From contig CAVTBR010000003.1 in assembly GCA_963733055.1 (NCBI GenBank), positions 480,001 to 544,000 on the forward strand: DNA of 64,000 nucleotides, written 5' to 3'. Positions 39,191 to 47,991 of this stretch are shown here, in pieces. The notes beneath the pieces were generated by a model. It was not told the origin of the DNA and did not search any database. It saw nothing but the letters and a program-made list of their open reading frames with translations. The translations under genes and the position numbers were made by a program. The DNA comes from Candidatus Bathyarchaeota archaeon (GTDB lineage Archaea; Thermoproteota; Bathyarchaeia; 40CM-2-53-6). The first letter of the stretch is position 1, and each line of letters opens with the position of its first letter.

Positions 39191-39919
39191 CTATGGTGAC
39201 TTTTTCTTTCCGTAGAGTTTATCGAGAGTATTGGCTTCTTCTCGCGTTAGCACCCCGTCGGTATTCAGAATTTGACCCGGCGGAGGAGCCGAATATCTTC
39301 CAGGAGAAGCAGAGCGAATTAACTGCTTAGGTTGCGGACCCCATAGGCTCGCAAAGACTCCCATTTCTGTTTGTACCTCTGAGAGAACAGTTTTTTCCTC
39401 TATCAGCTCGATGTTCCTATTCATTCCCGAGTATGTTAGATTAGCTGACCCAACAAACGCGATCCGTTGGTCTACAATGTATAACTTCACGTGAACTAGC
39501 TGACGTATGGAAAGCACCTTAACAAAGAGTGGAATACTGCTGGCCTGTTTGCGCGTTAAGTTTTTGACAAGAGTGGCTGCTATGGCCACGACCGCAATTA
39601 CAACTAGCGCAAGACCTGCGTAGCTAAGGATGAAGGCCCCCACGATGCCGATGAACAAAGCCAGAATGAGGTAACGCCAAGCACGGCGGCTGAGGCTGTA
39701 AACAGATTTTTGCCCGAGCATACTCAACGCCTGTCTATGTCCATGTCCACTGGAATCGGAGGTTACCAAACAAACTACGATCCCTTGCCTCGCTTTGGCC
39801 AAGAGAAGTCGTGCATATTCAGGAGAGAGGTAGGGCGAAACTATATCGAGTGACTTGGTGGCGCTGCGAATCGAAGGAAGCACATACTGTCCTACGATGC
39901 CGCTATGTACGAGTCCCAC
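39191..39919 (-). CDS. Single-HKD phospholipase D/Nuc-like protein with a two-TM insertion
   Basis: LDIVSPY, HVKLYIVD...GSANLT..G...N.E; a hydrophobic hairpin splits the domain. Confidence 0.85.
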   Translation of the reverse strand: MGLVHSGIVGQYVLPSIRSATKSLDIVSPYLSPEYARLLLAKARQGIVVCLVTSDSSGHGHRQALSMLGQKSVYSLSRRAWRYLILALFIGIVGAFILSYAGLALVVIAVVAIAATLVKNLTRKQASSIPLFVKVLSIRQLVHVKLYIVDQRIAFVGSANLTYSGMNRNIELIEEKTVLSEVQTEMGVFASLWGPQPKQLIRSASPGRYSAPPPGQILNTDGVLTREEANTLDKLYGKKKSP

Positions 39920-39967
39920 GAGCGACCAACTCTCAGGCTGCGAGAGATGGACCGCTGACGATTTATC

Positions 39968-40405
39968 TCAAGAGCATGGGAATCCTTGGTAAGCTACTTC
40001 AATTTGAGATGGGCTGCTTACGATTATCTCAGGCGCACCATTGTAAAGTTGAACCATACCCGTTATACGAACATCTTTGTTAAGATAAAATCCTGTTATC
40101 GAACACTTGAAGTTGCCAGCGTCGCTTGAGAACACTACGCCGTAAAAATATCCTTGGTACGGGTAATGGAAGTCTAGGAAAGAGGTGCTGCTGTAAGAGG
40201 AATAGTACGTGTAAACAATTGTTCCTTCGACGGCAACGGTTTGACCAACGTAATTACTTGCGTCTGTCCATGAGACTACCGATGCTGTGGGAGTTTGCCA
40301 CTCGGCGCTTTGAGCCAACCCGTAAGGCGCTATAGCAACAGATCCGCATAGCCACACAAACAGAACCAATACAGGAACTAGCAACTTTCTATAACGATTA
40401 GTCAA
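39968..40405 (-). CDS. Secreted OB-fold protein
   Basis: Signal peptide; VGQTVAVEGTI...FLDF...NKDVRITGMVQLYNGAPEIIVSSPSQI. Confidence 0.75.
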   Translation of the reverse strand: MTNRYRKLLVPVLVLFVWLCGSVAIAPYGLAQSAEWQTPTASVVSWTDASNYVGQTVAVEGTIVYTYYSSYSSTSFLDFHYPYQGYFYGVVFSSDAGNFKCSITGFYLNKDVRITGMVQLYNGAPEIIVSSPSQIEVAYQGFPCS

Positions 40406-40636
40406 CTGCCAAAACCAAGGTAAACTCTCTAGTCACCTTAGAGTTAACACTTGTGAAGCTAACCCAGTTTCAGTTAAGACAGTCCGTCGCTTGTTACGTT
40501 GTGTGTTAACTAGGGTTCTGCCTCTACGAAACCTATGTTCTGTCGTACGCGTCCGTTAGAAAATGAATAGGAATCATGTGGCGCGTCTAGGGGGACACAA
40601 ACGGCTGACTGTAAGCATTGGCTATTCCTAGCGCTC

Positions 40637-41086
40637 TCAGACGCTTCCGAGGATAACTTGACCATATGGTGTAGTGATGACGGCTTGGACGCTGTGTCCT
40701 GCCCCGTTAGCAGGAAAGTTGACAGAAATCTCGGTTGTGACGGAGTTGCCCGCTGTGATGACTGCTTGAGGAGATAGAGTATTGCCGGCAACTTGCGTGC
40801 CTGTGTTATCGACCACGCTGACTGTCAGTTGGATTAATGTAACGTCGAAACTGTTACCATTCGTAATCTTTACTTCGTACAAGGCTTCCAATGTTCCCGT
40901 ATTATAACTCGCCTCCCAGTGGACAATCTTGATGGCGGCTCCTGCATTTGCGAGGTTTTGTAGAGACGAAGCCTGATAGTAGAAGTATCCCAAACCTCCA
41001 AGCGACACTGCAAGAAGGATAATCAAGACCAAGACAATCGGAGTCACGACAATCCGAGATTTACCTCGCACGTTTCGGTTTGCCAT
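40637..41086 (-). CDS. Membrane-anchored beta-sandwich (Ig-like) protein
   Basis: N-terminal TM followed by a beta-rich domain (VKITNGN). Confidence 0.65.
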   Translation of the reverse strand: MANRNVRGKSRIVVTPIVLVLIILLAVSLGGLGYFYYQASSLQNLANAGAAIKIVHWEASYNTGTLEALYEVKITNGNSFDVTLIQLTVSVVDNTGTQVAGNTLSPQAVITAGNSVTTEISVNFPANGAGHSVQAVITTPYGQVILGSV

Positions 41087-41196
41087 GACTTATCTCATGA
41101 GAAATTCCTCGTATTTAACATCTAACGCATCAAAGAGCACGAAAAAATACAAAGTCTTAAGCGCAGTGAAACCGTCCTCCTAGTTCGGCCTTTGGC

Positions 41197-41859
41197 TTGA
41201 AGACCGCAATCATTAGTTCGATTATCGTTTTCGTCATCGCATTAGTTCTTCTAGCTGCACCTTGGTATCCATCCGTGACGAGTCGGAATGTGGCTGAGTC
41301 TTTCACGTACACGTACCAAGTTCCAACCGTGACCTACCAATCTGAAAATGTTTACACGCTGGCAGAACCGATAACTCTCCAAGGCTTCTTTCAAAGCGGG
41401 GCGACAGCCAGTCAAGTTTACCAAGACTTGGGAGATGTTGCCCTTCAAGCTAACTCGTCAGTGACGGTAGATGTTAATCAATGCCAAAACTGTGACCTAG
41501 GTATATCGAAAGATTTCGGGGATAAGGCGACTGTTTACGCTGTCTCGGGCTCTTCTTCCTCTGGAGAGTTCATAGTTCCAGTTTCGGGTCAATACAAAAT
41601 AGAGGTAGATAACCTTGGAACTGCACCAGAGGTAGTAAGCTCGATCGTGATGACCGAGAACGTATCGCAAGCTAGTACGCAGACGGAATTGGGTTACAAC
41701 ACTATAACGGTTGCTCGATACTCGGTTGTGGCGCTCGCTCCCAATCTCATTCTTGGAATCCTGCCCTCTCTGATTGTTCTCGGTGTGATCGGTCTTGTCG
41801 TGGCAATCTTGGTTCTCTTCGACCGAGGAATAATTGTCATGGATACCCGTCGCCGGTAA
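41197..41859 (+). CDS. Two-TM membrane protein with an extracellular beta domain
   Basis: N- and C-terminal TMs, Thr-rich stalks, GQYKIEVDN. Confidence 0.7.
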   Translation: MKTAIISSIIVFVIALVLLAAPWYPSVTSRNVAESFTYTYQVPTVTYQSENVYTLAEPITLQGFFQSGATASQVYQDLGDVALQANSSVTVDVNQCQNCDLGISKDFGDKATVYAVSGSSSSGEFIVPVSGQYKIEVDNLGTAPEVVSSIVMTENVSQASTQTELGYNTITVARYSVVALAPNLILGILPSLIVLGVIGLVVAILVLFDRGIIVMDTRRR

Positions 41860-42466
41860 GGAATTCCCTTTGTCCGGTCCGACAGAAATCAAGCCAAGAG
41901 GAGGAACCCATCCGTTCAAGGTTCGTGAGGCAAAAGCTAGGGATGCGAACAAATATTTCGTTAGGCTTTGCAGTGATGATTTCAATGTCCTTCTGGAAAG
42001 GGAAGGCGTGCAAAATTTCGGAACCGTCCGAGACGCACCAGTTTGCATTCAATCGAAGGAATACAAACGTGTAGTTTTGGCTAAGCGACCTCTATGCACG
42101 GACAGTCAGGACGATCTGAAACCTGGGCAAATACGTCTCAATTGGGATCTCAGGAGAGACTTGGGGAATTTGACGCTTGGTTCAGAGGTCGAGGTTCAGC
42201 CCCTCCTCTCCTCCTGCGCTCTCCTCTCATGTTATGGAAAATGTAGGCTCGCATGGAACCATCTTAGGCATTGCCCCATCGCCGCACACAGGTTGTTTCC
42301 GACGTTGCTCTGGGTAGTTGTTCCGACGATGCTGACATATCTCACGGTATCTGTCTTTGTGCCATGCCTTAAGTCGCTGATGGTAGCTTTAGCCTTAGTA
42401 TTCACCGTAATTGCTGTTCCCTATTCTAGCTATACTACCGTCACATCAGAATCGGGGGCAGTTTGA
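41834..42466 (+). CDS. Hypothetical membrane protein
   Basis: 210-aa ORF with two C-terminal TMs. Confidence 0.5.
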   Translation: MSWIPVAGKEFPLSGPTEIKPRGGTHPFKVREAKARDANKYFVRLCSDDFNVLLEREGVQNFGTVRDAPVCIQSKEYKRVVLAKRPLCTDSQDDLKPGQIRLNWDLRRDLGNLTLGSEVEVQPLLSSCALLSCYGKCRLAWNHLRHCPIAAHRLFPTLLWVVVPTMLTYLTVSVFVPCLKSLMVALALVFTVIAVPYSSYTTVTSESGAV

Positions 42467-42732
42467 CTTATCTAGCCCAGACACGAAAGACACGGGAGTT
42501 CGTGTCCCATTACCAGACGGCTTGAGCCTCTGCTACTCAGCGTTTACGCTTTACGAAGACGGGCTTATCCAAAATAACCCATCGCTGATCGCAGAAGGCA
42601 ACGCTTTCGTTAACCAAGCGACAGACGAATTTAACACCGCTACATCGATCCTTAATTCAACAAGTTAACTCCAATCAGGTTCCCCGTAAATTCAAGCGTG
42701 ATTCTATGCGAAAAAGTTGTGAGGTACTTTAG

Positions 42733-42963
42733 ATGGGTGAGCCGACAGTTTCATCTAAGCCGAAATCAAATCTGCCTTTTACTATCGCTTCAATCGTAGT
42801 GTCCATTGTCGGCACGATATCACCATTTGCATTCTTGAACCTAGTCGGAATTCTTCTAGCAGGATTCGCTATCTATCGCTCTCACCAAAGTAAAGGCGGT
42901 TGGATTGCATTAGTTCTTGGCGTAGTCCTATATGTTGGGTCGAAAGTACTGATTCTTCTGTGA
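42733..42963 (+). CDS. Small membrane protein
   Basis: GAGGT RBS, ATG, hydrophobic helices. Confidence 0.6.
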   Translation: MGEPTVSSKPKSNLPFTIASIVVSIVGTISPFAFLNLVGILLAGFAIYRSHQSKGGWIALVLGVVLYVGSKVLILL

Positions 42964-43034
42964 AATCGAATAGATTCGGGGGTCGCTTGCATTTTTACGC
43001 AGTCAGGAACAGAAACACGAAGGCTCCCGACAAA

Positions 43035-43928
43035 ATGAGAGATTACAACAAAGTATTCGCAGTTATCGGCGTCGTGTTGCTGTTTGCTGGCATACTGGTT
43101 TTTGGATATGTTATTTTGCCAAGATCAGCACCAGGGCCACCGAGAGGAACCATATGGATTTACACTTCAGATCTCTACAGCGGGTCTAGTGATATTCCGA
43201 ACTACAAGATCGAGGACGTTTATCTCACTCTCGTCGTTTGGCCTAATGCAAGCGGAAGACTAGACCTCGAAATTGCTGTTTCGGTCTTTTCGCAGAGTAA
43301 ATTTGGAATTGGAATCGTGCAACCGTTTTCGGTTGTCAGAAGCTATCCATTGGATAACACAAATGAGCCGAACCCGCCGCGTACCGTCAGAATAGCGTCA
43401 ACGGGGGAGTACCTGACATCGATCTGGCTCGATCCAAAGTTTGGGTACAGCACCATGGGATTCGCGGTGGTAATATCAAATCCTTTTGCCAATGATGAGC
43501 TGGGGAAACGAGTGAGTTATCTTTCTTTCTTTAGAAATGGAGATGTATCCAGCAATCAAGAGATTGCAACGCTCACAAGTGGACTGGACCCGAGTCCCGT
43601 TCTCAATTTTGGTTCAGTTACGCTTACAGTAAACTTTCCGACAGCTTGGTACTTGTCGCTCACTGAAACGCTCCCGACGCCTGACAAGGCATTCTCTGCG
43701 GAAGATTACAATGCAGCATATTGGCAGTTGGATCTGAAGCGTCCTCCGGTCAATGTGGCTGAGACCATAACCGTGACCATGAATGTTCCATCTGAAAGCG
43801 CTCAGAGAGATTGGCTGAACTTTTTTGGAGGAATTGCAACGGGCACCGGAGCCGGCATGTTTACGACCGCAATTCCCAATGTACTGGAACAGCGTGCGAG
43901 ACGACGAATTCCTGAATCCCAGCGTTAG
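43035..43928 (+). CDS. Two-TM membrane protein with a large extracellular domain
   Basis: ATG before an N-terminal TM; C-terminal GIATGTGAG TM. Confidence 0.7.
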   Translation: MRDYNKVFAVIGVVLLFAGILVFGYVILPRSAPGPPRGTIWIYTSDLYSGSSDIPNYKIEDVYLTLVVWPNASGRLDLEIAVSVFSQSKFGIGIVQPFSVVRSYPLDNTNEPNPPRTVRIASTGEYLTSIWLDPKFGYSTMGFAVVISNPFANDELGKRVSYLSFFRNGDVSSNQEIATLTSGLDPSPVLNFGSVTLTVNFPTAWYLSLTETLPTPDKAFSAEDYNAAYWQLDLKRPPVNVAETITVTMNVPSESAQRDWLNFFGGIATGTGAGMFTTAIPNVLEQRARRRIPESQR

Positions 43929-43956
43929 CCACCTACCGTATTTTTTTTGGTATAGC

Positions 43957-43985
43957 TGGTGCGGCCGCCTGGATTCGGACCCGGG
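43957..43985 (-). repeat. Degenerate tRNA-Gly-like 3'-end fragment (att scar of a different tRNA)
   Basis: Minus strand CCCGGGTCCGAATCCAGGCGGCCGCACCA = T-arm + acceptor CGGCCGC-A-CCA; no 5' half. Confidence 0.6.
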
Positions 43986-44202
43986 AGTGTGTCGGCATCC
44001 GTGGTGCTAGCGCCGCAAATCGAGCCACTGATCTACTGGCTTTATGTTTTCGAATAAACCTCTCTGAATGCAAACGCTAAAGGGAAACCGTGCCTATTAC
44101 GTAGCTGAACGGAGTTCAGAAGAACGTTGTCTTCACCTGACCTCTCTCAATTAGTGAAGACCCACCACGTATACGCAGTGAGTCCCTTCGGATCCACTTG
44201 AT

Positions 44203-44230
44203 GTTGGACCTAGATCCATCTAGGTTCAAA
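44203..44230. repeat. Xer/dif-like 11-6-11 recombination site A
   Basis: GTTGGACCTAG-ATCCAT-CTAGGTTCAAA with inverted arms. Confidence 0.65.
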
Positions 44231-44235
44231 GCACA

Positions 44236-44580
44236 CTAAGCGGAGATATTATTCTCGACTTTGGACAAAAACGCTTTGAAAATTGCGCGCGAGGTCACGG
44301 GCATTCTAAGTAGCGTCACTTTTGTGGCTTCGGCAATAAGGGGAAGCGCTTCTCTCTTGCAACGAAGTTTTACGTCAAACCTTCTGGGCGCTACTTCAAA
44401 AACATCAACGTGTATGCTGTCTCTCGCGTCTTGGGTGACTCGTGCGTCAGGCAAAGCCTTAGCTTGTGCCTCGATCTGCTTGGCCCAGCGTTGAAGGCCC
44501 TCTAGCGTTAGACCTTCTTTCATGTCCTCAAGTTTTCTTTGAGTTTCTTCGAGACCTCTTACTTCTATTCTAATTCCCAA
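44236..44580 (-). CDS. Hypothetical protein inside the dif-flanked module
   Basis: 114-aa TTG ORF; N-terminus IEVRGLEE..RKL is reminiscent of HK97-gp10-like proteins. Confidence 0.6.
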   Translation of the reverse strand: MGIRIEVRGLEETQRKLEDMKEGLTLEGLQRWAKQIEAQAKALPDARVTQDARDSIHVDVFEVAPRRFDVKLRCKREALPLIAEATKVTLLRMPVTSRAIFKAFLSKVENNISA

Positions 44581-44602
44581 GAATCTTCCCTACTGTATGC
44601 AC

Positions 44603-44849
44603 TTAGGCTCTATCGTGTCGTGGCGTGATACCAGGATAACGGAAGTCTCCGTCGTGGCCGCAATTCAGGTGACAGTCCTCCTTGCCTCCGGTACAGAGAA
44701 CTACCATGGTGCGCTTCCCAGCTACCTCTTCCGGGATTGGCGCGGCTGCGCTCCCAGACGAGTTCCTTGCCGCAACACTCGCAGCGACCTCCTGCCCTAA
44801 TCCAAGCCTGTTCTATTTCCTGCTGAGCGAAGTCATAGTCGTCGGGCAT
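44603..44849 (-). pseudogene. HNH-like Zn-binding endonuclease, frameshifted at about 44700
   Basis: GRCECCG...WEAHH in one frame, VVLC....EDCHLNCGH in the next. Confidence 0.65.
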
Positions 44850-45001
44850 AGACTTGTCCCCTAATTGACCTAAAGGCTTCCTCGATATTTGAGCAATATA
44901 TCGAGCTGCATAAGTTTCACAGTAGTTTCGGTTTTGCCGACAACACTTTCATCGCGAAAGATGCTGTGGCTTGCTCGGTTTAAGAAAGCGGTTCTCGTTC
45001 G

Positions 45002-45029
45002 GTGGGACCTAGACTCAACTAGGTTCAAA
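45002..45029. repeat. Xer/dif-like 11-6-11 recombination site B
   Basis: GTGGGACCTAG-ACTCAA-CTAGGTTCAAA; arms match site A at 21 of 22 positions, spacer differs. Confidence 0.65.
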
Positions 45030-45700
45030 GTACACCGAAATGGCAGTGCATTTCGTGTATCGTAAACGAAGAGCCTTAAGAATTATCGAGTAGTAGCCTA
45101 TAATCTCCTCCACAGGCTAGCGACAGCTTCTCCGTCAACGACAGCATTCCTCGCCCTGACACCGTTCAAGTTGTGACAGGCAATCCTCGAAAATATCTCC
45201 TGATTGCCCAGGTTCTCTAACCAGTTATCGATCTCTTCACAATGACCAAAACATCGGAGCCGTCGCTAAACCCCTCTAGCACTGCGTACCAATTGATGTG
45301 GTCTGGATCATAGTTTCCTTGCGTTGTGGTGAAAACGTATTTTTTTTCAGCTTTCCTTGCGAACGTTTGTTATAGCTTTCCTCATCAATTATGCTAACCT
45401 GTTCAACATTCGCTAAGTCGCCTACCCTAACAGTTGCGAACTTGTTATGCATCTCTTGGACCGAAGAAGAGTAGCGGGAGTGTGCGTTTAAGGTAAGCGC
45501 AACCACTTTGAGTCAAGGGAACCTACATCTCCTCCGTAGTTAGATAGATTTGCGCTCACCCACTGTAATCTAGTTCTGCAGTGACTGCAGACGCATCACG
45601 TTTTTGTGAGGCTATAGCATACGACATAATCAATCTGAATTGCACCGTGAGTGATCGAAAGTTCTTTGTGTCTCTCTCGGCAGCAACGACTGGTTCGCGC

Positions 45701-47408
45701 TTGAAGACTGCAAGAAGTCCGCTTATTCTCTTACTTTTGCTCACGCCTATTGTCGCAATACTGCAGGTTAATTCTAACTCGATATTAGCCTCATCACCAC
45801 AGGCACAAACTATTGTCTCGCAGAATCAATTTCCCTCAATGACTACCAGCACGACAACTCTGCCAACTCTAACGACGACAACGACGACCACTACCTCTCA
45901 GACTAGCACTACATCGACAAATGCTACGCTACCCAGAGTTACTCCTATAGCTCCCCCTAATGGAACGGTCCCGACTACCACCACAGCCTACGCCTCACTC
46001 GGCAACAGATGGTGGATTATCGACTATTGGAGCCACCTGCAAGGATCATTCTCCGGTTATAGCGCTACCTTCACCGCAGTGCCTAACACTATCGGGAACT
46101 GGGCAAGCGGCGAGTTCATCATGGTCCTACCAATAAACATCGCATATGGTCCAGATTCCAACAATTGTGTTTGGTTTCAATTCGACATTCAATTCAATTC
46201 GCCACCCTTGGTACCCGTCGAGTGGAACATTCAGAACAATAACTGTCCTGCCTCGTCACCCTCAGACTTCCAAATGACCAATATTCCGATTTCATATGTG
46301 GTTGGGCATTCTTACATCGCTTCAATGTCGCCATCCTCCATTTCTCCGCCTCAGGTTACATTCTCGATCACTGACACTACTACTGGCGCTTCTTGGGCGA
46401 TGACATATTCGGTTCCAAGCACATCTGTCGTTTACAATTCCATTACCTTTTCCCCTGCAAGCGCCGTAGAAGGCGCAGCCTTCTCGTAAATCCCCATCCT
46501 ACACCAACGTTCCATATTTCCCCTTCACAGTTCAACATGGACAAACAGCGATCAGCCATGTCGTGACAGCGAACTCTGGATTCAATCCTCCGACAACAAT
46601 CAACACCTATCACGCTCAAGGAACGAATCTAGGTACCTGGAATTGGGCGATGGAAGGAACTCCTGCCATAACATCAACAGACAAAACGACCTACGTTCAA
46701 GGTGATACAATTCAGTATCATGGAACAGGCTTCACGTCTTTCGGCGCAGTTGAAGCGTGTTTGACATTGGACATCGTTTTTGTAAGATGTTTTGCAAATG
46801 AGCCGAACTCAGATCTTTTTGGGAACGTGGCAGGCTCACTCAACATTGCGACTGATTGGACTACTGGACAGCAAGAGTTGTGGCTTTACGATGTGGCGAC
46901 TGGTACCCAGTCGGCAGGCGTTCCGCTAACAATCACGGCGTTGAATAACCAACTCGTGGTTTGGTTTGACTCATCTCCTCAAGTCAAGAGTTCGAGTCCT
47001 TGCGGCTACCTGTTTGGTGCTATGGCGCAGACTGCTTCTGGGTTGTTGGTAACAAGTTTGCATTGGGACTTCGGGGATGGTTCAACCCTGGACGTGCCTT
47101 TCTCTGCTCAAAGTCGGATTAGCGATAACGAATTTCACAGTTACTCGAACAATGGAACCTACATCATCACGGTTACTGCTCAGGATAATGCAGGAAACAG
47201 CGGCACCGCTACTGTGACTCTGCCTAATGCTATTTCCGTCAGTTGTGTTCCCGAATTTCCGAGCGTGACGCTTTTGCTTCTCCTTACGATGGTTATAGCA
47301 GTTGGATTCACTTCTTTTAGAGGCAGCAAAGCGTCAAAGGTTCGTCCGTTAGTTCGTCGTTCGTTTTTTGTGAGAGTGAGTCTGCTGGCGCGCAGAGGTT
47401 CTTGGTAA
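45701..47408 (+). pseudogene. Secreted PKD-domain protein with PEF-CTERM, split by a +1 frameshift near 46487
   Basis: Signal peptide and Thr-rich N-half; second frame is open across the junction and has WDFGDG, H.Y...GTY.ITVTA.D and VPEFP + TM. Confidence 0.75.
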
Positions 47409-47461
47409 CTTACCGTTGGCTGTTTTGAACAGTTAACTAGCGTCGGATTGCAATCTTCCAG

Positions 47462-47815
47462 CTAGCTTACGAGAGGACCGCCGCATTGGTAACAATACCG
47501 ATGCCACCTTTCACGCGGAGCATTACAACGATGGCAGTAGGGTTTTCGTTCTCTCCAACGGGACCATTCAGACGCCATGATTCCACCCACCGCACTCGCG
47601 CCAACTCCAACGAGAAATTCAGTTACGTATGGTGGAGGCGGATAATAGAACGCAGGATTTTGTGGATTAGAGGAAGGCTGAATTATAGCGTTCCCGCATA
47701 TTCGGCAAAAGCGGTCATAATATTCTAACGAAGTATTGCATACTGGACAAGTTTGCATGTCAAGACGTGGATGGATTGTTCTTTTGTGCATTTTGGAGCC
47801 CTGACGGTAACTCAC
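47462..47815 (-). CDS. Double zinc-ribbon protein
   Basis: CPVC..FCRICG and CHRC..YCYQCG with a central hydrophobic segment. Confidence 0.7.
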   Translation of the reverse strand: MSYRQGSKMHKRTIHPRLDMQTCPVCNTSLEYYDRFCRICGNAIIQPSSNPQNPAFYYPPPPYVTEFLVGVGASAVGGIMASEWSRWRERKPYCHRCNAPRERWHRYCYQCGGPLVS

Positions 47816-47884
47816 ACAAAATCTACGAAAAACAGCTCAAAAACACGGCAGAACGCAACAAAAAATGGCATCGAACCCGACGAT

Positions 47885-47916
47885 ATGGTGGGGCCGGTGG
47901 GATTTGAACCCACGAC
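47885..47916 (-). repeat. tRNA 3'-end duplication (att site 3)
   Basis: Minus strand GTCGTGGGTTCAAATCCCACCGGCCCCACCA with an intact T-arm but no 5' half upstream. Confidence 0.9.
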
Positions 47917-47991
47917 GTTTCCGAAGCACGATTGGACGAACCAACGTCATCAGATTGGCTCTTTCGCAAACACGAATCTTCGGATGTCATT

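Larger units (their letters stand above)
23169..47911. mobile_element. About 24.7-kb integrative element bounded by tRNA 3' direct repeats
   Basis: 27-bp direct repeats, an integrase adjacent to one end, and accessory cargo. Confidence 0.85.

Noticed and set aside
45090-45510. Short minus-strand ORFs right of dif-like site B
   Set aside because: Fragmentary frames with no recognisable motif; possibly decayed gene remnants but not supportable
45840-45920. ACN-rich tandem repeats
   Set aside because: They simply encode a Thr-rich linker of the secreted protein
47885-47990. Complete tRNA gene at att site 3 (also considered for 23169 and 43957)
   Set aside because: Only the T-arm and 3' acceptor strand are present; no matching 5' strand, D-arm or anticodon arm upstream on the minus strand
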